A program made the position numbers and the translations under genes. 32,000 nucleotides of DNA from contig MTSL01000179.1 of assembly GCA_002794465.1 (NCBI GenBank), forward strand, positions 5,205 to 37,204, read 5' to 3'. The notes under the pieces were generated by a model, which worked only from the letters and a program-made list of their open reading frames with translations, had not been told where the DNA came from and searched no databases. This document shows, piece after piece, positions 17,705 through 25,998 of this stretch. Within the stretch, counting starts at the first letter, position 1. The number at the start of each line of letters is the position of its first letter. This DNA is from Paramicrosporidium saccamoebae KSL3 (lineage: Eukaryota; Fungi; Cryptomycota).

Positions 17705-17923
17705 TGTGACGTAGAAGACTGTTTAGTTGGATATTTGAGGATGGTTCCCTAGTTTGGAGAAGGGATAATCAGAACAATCGATGAAGGATAATGAGATCTT
17801 TATCATTTGAGAACTACTACATTATTTTCGAGACCACAAAAGGACTTGCATGTTCATAATAAGAGTTCCCTTACCTCCCGAACAAATGTGATAAAGTCTG
17901 TGGTATTATCCCCACTACGCGGC
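17705..17923 (+). repeat. Family C intergenic modules (17705-17743 and 17887-17923) shared with 25473-25713
   Basis: TGTGACGTAGA..TG.TTAGTTG..TATTTGAG matches the 35-bp tandem unit. TGTGATAAAGTCTGTGGTATTATCCCCACTACGCGGC matches 25677-25713 at 30/37 ungapped. Confidence 0.7.
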
Positions 17924-18023
17924 ACTAGGAAATAGTGCCACGTTGCCGTGTCATGTTGTCATGCTGCTATATTATTAGTCTGTCTATGCAGGGGTTTATA
18001 ACGTCACAATCCTTGAACCAGTC

Positions 18024-18452
18024 ATGAGAATCCTCTTCTTTGCCCTCGCAGTCTTGGCCCTAATATCTAAATCTCACTGCAGCTCTAGCTCTATTAGTAT
18101 CGAAGATATGGACGTTGTCGGTCAACTATACGAGATACCAAGTATCCAGACTCTAAATATTTCTATGCCTGCACCCATACCTGCACCTGTGCTGGTGTCC
18201 GTGTCTGGGGCTGGGTCAAGCCCAGAGCCAAATTACGATAGCCTATTGCGGGATTGGAGTACATTTGGGAACCCAGCGAGACGTGCGCCGAGCAGAAGTG
18301 CATCTCCTAGACCTTCGTCTGGTAATCAACTCGGAAGTAAGCCGTCTGCTCGTGGTAGAGCAAACCTTAGCTCGAGCAGTGATGACTCTTCTTCAGAGTC
18401 AGAATCCTGGATACAAAACTTTGATCAGACAGCCCCATACGCATTCTTCTAA
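18024..18452 (+). CDS. Small putative secreted Ser/Pro-rich protein
   Basis: MRILFFALAVLALISKSHC signal-like N-terminus followed by a low-complexity body; 142 aa. Confidence 0.7.
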   Translation: MRILFFALAVLALISKSHCSSSSISIEDMDVVGQLYEIPSIQTLNISMPAPIPAPVLVSVSGAGSSPEPNYDSLLRDWSTFGNPARRAPSRSASPRPSSGNQLGSKPSARGRANLSSSSDDSSSESESWIQNFDQTAPYAFF

Positions 18453-18636
18453 GGGTGAAGGGAAAAGTCTGCTATCGTTCACTATTAATCAGAGCAATAA
18501 AACCTCGGATAAATAAATGACCAACTATTAAGCTTAGTCACTCTTTAACGGCACTAAACCTGATTCGGCAATACGTCGTCAAATACCATAATGTATAGAG
18601 GTTTATAATGGCTCAAATTTATCAAGTCTAGTCTAT

Positions 18637-18873
18637 TTAGTTTGTCAGGTCCATTGAATAGTCGTCATCAATCATGGAGATATCATCCTCATAGAAGATG
18701 CTCATGGACTCGGATGGGACCTCTAGTTCCATAGCCTCAATGTTGGCAGCGACCTTTGGGGCAAGAGTTGCCGTCCTGGGAACAGGCCTTTGCGGATTGC
18801 TTCGTGTAACTATAGCATTGACTCCAGTACGAGCAAAGGCGACAAGGCAAAACAGGCTGAATAGAATTTTCAT
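18637..18873 (-). CDS. Small putative secreted protein with acidic tail (78 aa)
   Basis: ATG 18873 gives MKILFSLFCLVAFARTGVNA followed by a basic/Pro segment and an acidic tail (YEDDISMIDDDYSMDL). Confidence 0.6.
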   Translation of the reverse strand: MKILFSLFCLVAFARTGVNAIVTRSNPQRPVPRTATLAPKVAANIEAMELEVPSESMSIFYEDDISMIDDDYSMDLTN

Positions 18874-19493
18874 TTGTGCAAGCGTTGGCTCGCAGGGGTT
18901 CTCTTTTATATCTTGCTGACAACGTGGCCGTGGCATCTTGGCCTCGCCACTTGGCCACATGATGAAACTTTATTGGCTGACGCTACGGGAGATGACAACG
19001 AGGTCATGCTACTGGTCAGGGAATCCTGTCTAATAGCATCACAGTGATAGAATATATTAGTCAGGATATTTATAATGTCATAATAATTTACAAGATTTTT
19101 TCAAGTCGTGAGAATGGCAAAAACCTTGACTACGAGTCTGTGCTAGCTCGCACCAAAAAGCAGTGTCACGGGGTAGTTTTGTTGGACAAACGTGGACATT
19201 TGCAGCATTCAGTCGCACTGTGGTCAAGCGCCCTACTCTTAATAACATGATTGGATCTGGGCCATCATCCTAGGATAACTTGTAGATTTGTTCTACTTTT
19301 GTAGAAATTTACATCATATCATTTGCATTTTTCCTCATTATCGTCCTCTTTACATTTACATACTTGCCGAATCCTTGTGCCATGTAAACGTAAAAGAGTC
19401 TAACTTTTTAGAGATAAATGAGCTGGGAGCCTTTGCCTCAACGAGGCCATTTCTGTACTCGCATGCTGACTGGAACAGTCATAATTAATGTTC

Positions 19494-19700
19494 CTATGGT
19501 GTTGGCATAGTGAACTGGTCCTGAAAGGCATGAGAATGACAATTATGGTGATAAATGATTTGCGAATCGCCTGTACCGCACTGGGTAAAAAGTCGACTCG
19601 CAATTGTCAAAAGTTCAGCCGCCTCTGGACCCTCGTAATCCCCTATATACTCTTCTGTATCTCGGATCTTCAGATCAGTCAAGCTGCACAATTGCCACAT
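19494..19700 (-). CDS. Possible small hypothetical gene divergent from SKI2 (may be spliced)
   Basis: 68-aa ATG ORF with protein-like composition; candidate GTACAG donors could extend it to about 86 aa; no recognisable domain. Confidence 0.3.
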   Translation of the reverse strand: MWQLCSLTDLKIRDTEEYIGDYEGPEAAELLTIASRLFTQCGTGDSQIIYHHNCHSHAFQDQFTMPTP

Positions 19701-19732
19701 GGTTAAAGATTAATGAAAGAAATCTTTTCATA

Positions 19733-22700
19733 ATGGAGGAACATTTGAAGAAACGCTTCTCTGACTGTACGTATGACGAGGCCACAGTAGATGTGCTGCC
19801 GATAATTCCAGGGAAAGATATAGAGATGATTTGGAATGAAAAGCTCAATGACTGGCCACCGTATAAATCGACTGAAAGCTGCATGGTATTAGAACCGCTC
19901 TTCGACCTCCTGACTGGGGAACTATACGATTTCAACGTCGAGGTAGCAGACGAAAAGGTGGTGAAGGAGGAGGATGGATTTCTGACTGTTCCACCAGGAC
20001 TGCCGAGGGGAATGATGTTTGAGAAGCCAGTGGGTTTTCGCGACCATGTCATCACATCATTGGCAAAGACGATTGGCGAAAAGCTGGCTCTTGAAGGCGC
20101 CGGTGAAGAGATTGGTGAAGAGACGTCCTCTAATGTTGAGGGGACGCCTTCTGCTGTTGACGAGCTGCTCCCCACTGTCACTGAGCTATTCACTCGCACA
20201 AAAAGGCCTAAAACTGAGGGTATGTGGGCCTATGCCTTGAATGCAAGCCATGTCCCTTTGGACTACGAGTCGGTGGTGGCCGAACCGGCATTTTCCTTTC
20301 CCTTTGAACTGGATGCATTCCAGAAACAGGCCGTTTATCATTTAGAACGCGGTGAATCAGTATTTGTGGCAGCGCACACTTCTGCTGGAAAGACGGTTGT
20401 CGCAGAGTATGCTATAGCCTTGGCAAGGCGACATATGACTAAAGCCATCTATACCTCACCCATAAAGGCGCTTTCTAACCAAAAGTTCCGCGATTTTCGA
20501 GAAACCTTTGACGAGGTTGGGTTATTGACAGGCGATGTACAGATCAATGCAGAGGCAAGTTGTGTAATAATGACAACAGAGATTCTTCGCTCGATGCTGT
20601 ATCGTGGCGCCGACATGATCAGCGACGTCGAGTTTGTCATTTTTGATGAAGTACACTATGTAAACGATCAAGAACGTGGTGTGGTCTGGGAAGAAGTAAT
20701 AATCATGCTACCGCCCCACGTCACCATTATCATGTTGTCAGCAACGATCCCCAACACGCTAGAATTTGCCGATTGGGTCGGAAGAACCAGGAAAAAGGAG
20801 ATATTCGTGATCAGCACTTTGAAACGGCCAGTGCCGTTGGAACATTATTTGTATGTGGACAAGGGAGAAGTGGTCAAGGTGGTGGACCAGACGAGAACAT
20901 TCCTTGAGCCAGGCTATAAAAAGGCGCTTCAGGTGCAAAAGGGAGACAAAAAACTGGCTTCAGGCGCGTCCCATGGAGGGCTGAATCGTGGATTCAAACA
21001 GGAAAAGAATCTCTGGACCGATATAGTGTACATGTTGAAGAAAAAGACTTTACTTCCAGCCGTCATGTTTACATTTTCAAAACGCAAATGCGAAGAAAAT
21101 GCAGACGGGATCATCAACTTGGATCTCCATTCAGCCTCAGAAAAGAGTGCGGTGCACGTGTTCTTGGAGGGATCAGTAAACAAGTTGAAAGCTGAAGATC
21201 GAACTCTTCCACAAATTAGCAGAATGCGAGAAATGCTTTCTCGAGGGATTGCTGTCCATCACAGCGGACTGTTGCCAATCATAAAGGAGGCGGTGGAGAT
21301 TCTCTTCTCAAGAGGACTAGTCAAGGTCCTATTTGCGACCGAGACATTTGCCATGGGTGTGAATATGCCAGCGAGGACGGTGGTCTTTTCCAGCATTAGG
21401 AAGCACGATGGAACTGGGTTTAGGACGCTGCTTCCCGGCGAGTATACGCAAATGGCAGGAAGGGCTGGACGACGTGGACTGGACGAGACTGGAACCGTCA
21501 TCATCACTTGTCCCGAAGAAGTTCCCGGGGAAGCGACGCTGAGGACAATGATCCTGGGTCAACCCACAAAACTGACTAGCCAGTTCCGATTGACGTACTC
21601 CATGCTACTCAATTTGCTAAGGGTGGAAGCGCTGCGGGTGGAAGAAATGATCAAAAGGAGTTTCAGCGAGAATACCAACCAAAGAGAACTGCCACAGGAC
21701 GAAAAGCAATTGGCAGAGAGTGAGAAATTATTGGAAAAGGCTGAAAATCTGAATTGTAGAATTTGTGAGGCAGACATGTCCGAGTTTTACTCCACCAGTA
21801 TGACTATCCTGGACAATGGGAGATTCATATTTGAAAAAATGTTGATGGACGTTAAAATGAGCAATAGACTTGCAGAACCAGGCAGGATTATAGTTGTCAA
21901 CAATGGACTGTTAAGGAATATCCCAGTAGTCGTGCTTAGACTGATACCGACACGGAACGGGCTATCGCTGTCCTGTTTGGCCCTTTGGAACGAGACTTGC
22001 ATGGGAGAGTTGCTCCCGTTGCCAACAAATATGATTACCTGGCCCGATACGGCAAGACCGCTACAGAGGGATACGTTCCAGTTTGGACCGTGTGAGATGG
22101 TAATGATTACAAGCTCAAAAATCAAAGTGCCATCTGATCTAGGGAATACTTCCCAGTATCGCGCCAAAGATCTTGATGAGATTCAAGATTATTTTATGGA
22201 ATGGCTCAAACAAGGTAAATCGAGGGAATTGGAAGAACTAGAGATTCCACATTTTAAATCGATAGATGTGGATGAGCGGAAATTGATTCGATCAGAGCTT
22301 TTAAAGACGCTTCCTCTTTTCTCGTGCCGGAAGTGTCCCGAATTGATGGATCATTATGAGATTTATCACCGACGACGACTGCTGACAGAGAGATTAGCTG
22401 AACTGCAATTCCGTCTTTCTGACAATAGTTTGGCCTTACTACCCGAATACCATGCGCGTCTGGCCCTACTCAAGACCCTCGGCTATGTGGACCAGGCTGG
22501 AAATGTGCAACTAAAGGGCAGGGTGGCCTGCGAGCTGAATACTGTAGATGAGCTAATCACGACCGAGTTGCTCTTTGATAATGCATTCTCCGCCCTGCAG
22601 CCTGCAGAAATTGTAGCGCTGCTCTCAGCCATGGTGTTTCAAGATCGTCATGCCAGCGAGCCAAAACTTGGCGGGGCGCTCCTTGACGGTTACACACGAC

Positions 22701-23017
22701 TCCAAACAATGGCCATACGTCTTTCCACTCAACAGATGGAACATGGCCTTCCCGGAGGCTTGGTAGAGAAGCTTCGGCCGGGTCTAATTGAAGTGGTATA
22801 TCAATGGGCCCTCGGCATCCGCTTCACTGCAATTACAGAACTGACTGATGTGTTGGAGGGGTCAATTGTGCGGTGTATTGTCCGCTTGGACGAGACGTGT
22901 AGAGAGATTCGTGGAGCTGCAAGGATCATGGGTGACACGTTGCTGTATAAAAAGATGGAAGAGGCGTCTATGCTTATCAAACGAGACATTTGTTTTGCCT
23001 CCAGTTTGTACATTTAA
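19733..23017 (+). CDS. SKI2: Ski2 DExH-box RNA helicase (cytoplasmic exosome cofactor)
   Basis: FELDAFQKQA, AHTSAGKT, DEVH, SAT, HSGLLP, QMAGRAGRRG and the C-terminal DSHCT region ending KRDICFASSLY. First ATG is 19733; the ORF track starts at TTG 19604. Confidence 0.93.
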   Translation: MEEHLKKRFSDCTYDEATVDVLPIIPGKDIEMIWNEKLNDWPPYKSTESCMVLEPLFDLLTGELYDFNVEVADEKVVKEEDGFLTVPPGLPRGMMFEKPVGFRDHVITSLAKTIGEKLALEGAGEEIGEETSSNVEGTPSAVDELLPTVTELFTRTKRPKTEGMWAYALNASHVPLDYESVVAEPAFSFPFELDAFQKQAVYHLERGESVFVAAHTSAGKTVVAEYAIALARRHMTKAIYTSPIKALSNQKFRDFRETFDEVGLLTGDVQINAEASCVIMTTEILRSMLYRGADMISDVEFVIFDEVHYVNDQERGVVWEEVIIMLPPHVTIIMLSATIPNTLEFADWVGRTRKKEIFVISTLKRPVPLEHYLYVDKGEVVKVVDQTRTFLEPGYKKALQVQKGDKKLASGASHGGLNRGFKQEKNLWTDIVYMLKKKTLLPAVMFTFSKRKCEENADGIINLDLHSASEKSAVHVFLEGSVNKLKAEDRTLPQISRMREMLSRGIAVHHSGLLPIIKEAVEILFSRGLVKVLFATETFAMGVNMPARTVVFSSIRKHDGTGFRTLLPGEYTQMAGRAGRRGLDETGTVIITCPEEVPGEATLRTMILGQPTKLTSQFRLTYSMLLNLLRVEALRVEEMIKRSFSENTNQRELPQDEKQLAESEKLLEKAENLNCRICEADMSEFYSTSMTILDNGRFIFEKMLMDVKMSNRLAEPGRIIVVNNGLLRNIPVVVLRLIPTRNGLSLSCLALWNETCMGELLPLPTNMITWPDTARPLQRDTFQFGPCEMVMITSSKIKVPSDLGNTSQYRAKDLDEIQDYFMEWLKQGKSRELEELEIPHFKSIDVDERKLIRSELLKTLPLFSCRKCPELMDHYEIYHRRRLLTERLAELQFRLSDNSLALLPEYHARLALLKTLGYVDQAGNVQLKGRVACELNTVDELITTELLFDNAFSALQPAEIVALLSAMVFQDRHASEPKLGGALLDGYTRLQTMAIRLSTQQMEHGLPGGLVEKLRPGLIEVVYQWALGIRFTAITELTDVLEGSIVRCIVRLDETCREIRGAARIMGDTLLYKKMEEASMLIKRDICFASSLYI

Positions 23018-23326
23018 GCGCTCTGGCACTTGAAGATTGAGACATACACGTCATGTTTTGTGTAGTATGTTTATTAAATGTGACAACTATGAGATTTATA
23101 GTAACGATCAAGAGATTCTGATTCATGTGGGATGTGTAGTGGCAACCGAAGGGTCTTGATCCGTAATAAAGACATTGCGAGGTCGTCACTATGAATCTCA
23201 TGAGGAGTTAAAGACTCAAATCACTCGATTGCTACTATAAACCCCACATAAGGTCTCTCGATTGCTACTGCACTCGGTCGCTAATAGAAATCTCACGGTA
23301 GTAAGTTTATTAAAATGCGATGGATG

Positions 23327-24637
23327 TTAGAGATCGAGGAGGAATCGCTGGGGATCCTCAAGGAGCTGCTTCATCCGCACCAAGAAGGAGACTGCCTCAC
23401 GTCCATCAATCAGCCGATGGTCATAGGTGAGAGCAACATACATCATCGGACGCACTTCTACCTTGCCCTCTACCACCACTGCTCGCTCTTTGATGGCATG
23501 CATTCCTAGGATTGCCGCTTGGGGCGCATTGAGGATGGGCGTGCCCATCAGAGAGCCAAAGACGCCTCCATTGGAAATGGTAAATGTACCACCGGCGAGC
23601 TCCTCCAGCGCAATCTTGTTATCACGAGCACGCTCTCCCAGTTCCTGGATGGTACGTTCCACCTCCATCATTGACATTCGCTCGCAGTTCCGTAGCACTG
23701 GCGTCAGCAATCCTTTAGGTGTCGCCACCGCCACCGAGATATCTACGTAATTGTGCATGACAATTTCCTTGCTTTCCATATCAAGACGCGCATTAACCAA
23801 CGGCAATTCCTGGAGGATAGAGGCAGCCGCCTTAACAAAGGGACTCATGAACCCGAATTTGACGCCATGCTTCTTAACAAAATCATCCTTGTAGCGGTTT
23901 CGCAGAGCGAGCAACGCGGACATGTCAATTTCGTTAAATGTGGTGAGGGAAGCAGCCGTGTTTTGAGATTCCTTCATACGCTCTGCAATGCGCAGACGCA
24001 TGCGAGAGAGCGGTTCACGGCGTTCCTCACGAGAAGAGGAGGCAGAATTCTCGGGCACAAAGAGGGAACGCAAGGGTTGTTTGGAGGGCTCACTCTTGCC
24101 CTCCTGGTCCAAAATAGTCTGCTGTGGGGGCGGTCTTAATGGCTCACTGGCCGTCTTTGTATTAGTGGGAGGAGTGGTTTTCTTTGCCGACTTGCTTTCC
24201 GTCTTAGTCTCAGTTTTAGTCTCTGGCTTAGTTTCTGCTTTGCTTGGTGCCGCCTGGTCTGGATCAATCTTGAATAAATCAGCGCCAACCTCGACAGTGT
24301 CTCCAGTCTTGGCAAGATGCGCCGTCAGTAGGCCCGCTTCTGGCGCATTAACGGGGATAGTGACCTTGTCGGTTTCAATATTGGCCACTGTTTCATCCTG
24401 CTTTACCCATTCTCCAACCTCTACCATTTTAGACCAGCCACCAAGTCTTACTCTTCTCCCACGAAGCCAATGTGCCCTGAGTAATAGAGTCGGCCATGAA
24501 GGGCGTCTTTATGACCTTGTCCGCTATCCATCAGTCTGATGCAGTGTAGTACCATATCCACGCAATGCACCCCATTCGCGCCATCCCCCGAAATGGACGA
24601 GACGTGCACTTTTACGAATTCCGCCAGCTAAAATCAT
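23327..24637 (-). CDS. KGD2: Mitochondrial dihydrolipoamide succinyltransferase (2-oxoglutarate dehydrogenase E2); introns 24524-24552 (29 nt) and 24421-24451 (31 nt)
   Basis: Splicing gives a presequence-like [16 protein letters not shown]..., lipoyl domain [22 protein letters not shown] and catalytic [18 protein letters not shown]. Confidence 0.94.
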
Positions 24638-24648
24638 CAAATACTCCG

Positions 24649-24662
24649 ACAAATTAATTTGT
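24649..24662. promoter_or_regulatory. Perfect 14-bp palindrome centred in the 35-bp spacer between the KGD2 and otubain start codons; candidate bidirectional core promoter
   Basis: ACAAATTAATTTGT is its own reverse complement; it lies 11 nt from one ATG and 10 nt from the other. Confidence 0.55.
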
Positions 24663-24672
24663 TAACCTCGTT

Positions 24673-25443
24673 ATGCAGCGGCCGTCAGACGAGGACATTT
24701 TGGTGTTTGAGAACCAAATACGGGAGGAGCAGGTGAATGTGCATCCGTTGATTAGCGTGCCGCTCCCAATGAGCATTTTACAGGACGAGTATCAGGAGGG
24801 CAGCAACCCGAATTTTCTGGCAAAGATATCAGAACTGGACACGCAGTATCGCATGCTGAGGAAGACACGTGGTGATGGTAACTGCTTCTTCCGGGCGTTT
24901 AGTTTTGGACTCGTTGAGGCTATTTGGTCACTGACAGAGGAAAAGCGCAAACAGCACATTGCCATGTTGGAGGCAAACATTACAAAACTGCTGGAGGATG
25001 CCGGATTCGACCGTGTGGCCTATGAGGATTTCTACAGCGAGTTGTTTATCACTCTGCGGGAGAACGCCACTGCAGACTATCTTGCTACAGAATGGGAAAG
25101 TGCGCCCCATCGTTCTCACTCGTTGGTGGTGCTACTGCGATTGGTTGCCTCGGCCTATCTCCGTGCCCATAGTGTCGAGTACGAGCCCTTCTTGTGGGAG
25201 CTTGAGACTGGCATGACGACGTATTGTCAGAGGTTTGTAGAATGTCTGGGTGTGGAGAGCGATCAGATCCACATCATTGTATTGGGTAAGGCGCTGGGGG
25301 TGGATGTGCGAGTAGCATATCTGGATGGAGGGGAGGGACCTCTAAATACACTATACTTTAAAGCAGATGATGCAGAGGAGGCTGAAATTTGCATCAATGT
25401 CCTGTACCGGCCCGGCCATTATGACTTGCTCTATCTTCAATAA
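24673..25443 (+). CDS. OTUB1: Otubain-family deubiquitinase (OTU, peptidase C65)
   Basis: RKTRGDGNCFFRAF Cys motif, ESDQIHI and LYRPGHYDLLY His motif; no signal peptide. Confidence 0.92.
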   Translation: MQRPSDEDILVFENQIREEQVNVHPLISVPLPMSILQDEYQEGSNPNFLAKISELDTQYRMLRKTRGDGNCFFRAFSFGLVEAIWSLTEEKRKQHIAMLEANITKLLEDAGFDRVAYEDFYSELFITLRENATADYLATEWESAPHRSHSLVVLLRLVASAYLRAHSVEYEPFLWELETGMTTYCQRFVECLGVESDQIHIIVLGKALGVDVRVAYLDGGEGPLNTLYFKADDAEEAEICINVLYRPGHYDLLYLQ

Positions 25444-25472
25444 ACCATAATGTGCCCGTAAACCAACAAGGT

Positions 25473-25583
25473 TGTGACGTAGAGGTAGAGGTAGAGGATT
25501 GATTAGTTGGCTATGGGACATAGAGGCAGAGGATTGATTAGTTGGCCATGTGACGTAGAGGCAGAGGATTGATTAGTTGAGTA
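25473..25583 (+). repeat. Three tandem copies of a ~35-bp unit (family C)
   Basis: Unit TG(T/G)GAC(G/A)TAGAGGCAGAGGATTGATTAGTTGGCCA at 25473-25513 (with a 6-bp internal duplication), 25514-25548 and 25549-25583; no spacers. Confidence 0.9.
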
Positions 25584-25750
25584 TTTGAGTGCTAGAGTGG
25601 ATCGCTTTGCTGGGTATTTGAGGACAGTGGAATGTGTATCCATACTATTCTAGTATTAGCAGTGAATGGGTTTCCGTCTGACAAAGTCCGTGGTGTTATC
25701 ACCACTACTCGACAAGGGGATTAATGAAAAGAATTTCAACGAGCAAGAGT

Positions 25751-25852
25751 GTTTCTATCAAGACATACGGTACATAGACCATCATCCTCAATACACCAGA
25801 TTGTAGGATGGCTATCAGGATTATCCATAATAAGCAATTACTGTTCAACAGG
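25751..25852. repeat. Family B element, third copy
   Basis: GTTTCTATCAAG..ATAGACCATCATCCTCAATACACCAGATTGTAGGATGGCTATC..TACTGTTCAACAGG; roughly 70% identical by eye to 6976-7082. Confidence 0.75.
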
Positions 25853-25998
25853 CGTATATCTACATCTGCCTGCATCCCTACTTTAAGAATGCATGTTCCC
25901 ATTCAAAGTGATCATTACAACTCGTTTCACTTTCAACAAGCCATTGTCCACAATTTAATAAAGCATAGTGCACGAAAAGAATATCATTTTATTTATTA

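Noticed and set aside
23224-23269. 13-bp direct repeat CTCGATTGCTACT between the convergent SKI2 and KGD2 3' ends
   Set aside because: Isolated micro-duplication; the enclosed 20 nt show no element features, so it is not called a target-site duplication.
5518-25443. Three deubiquitinases in one window as a single system
   Set aside because: The otubain is a conserved cytosolic enzyme with no signal peptide, 16 kb away and of a different fold; its proximity is probably coincidental.
25473-25583. 35-bp repeats of CRISPR-like length
   Set aside because: Units abut with no unique spacers, there are no cas genes, and the context is eukaryotic; this is a minisatellite.
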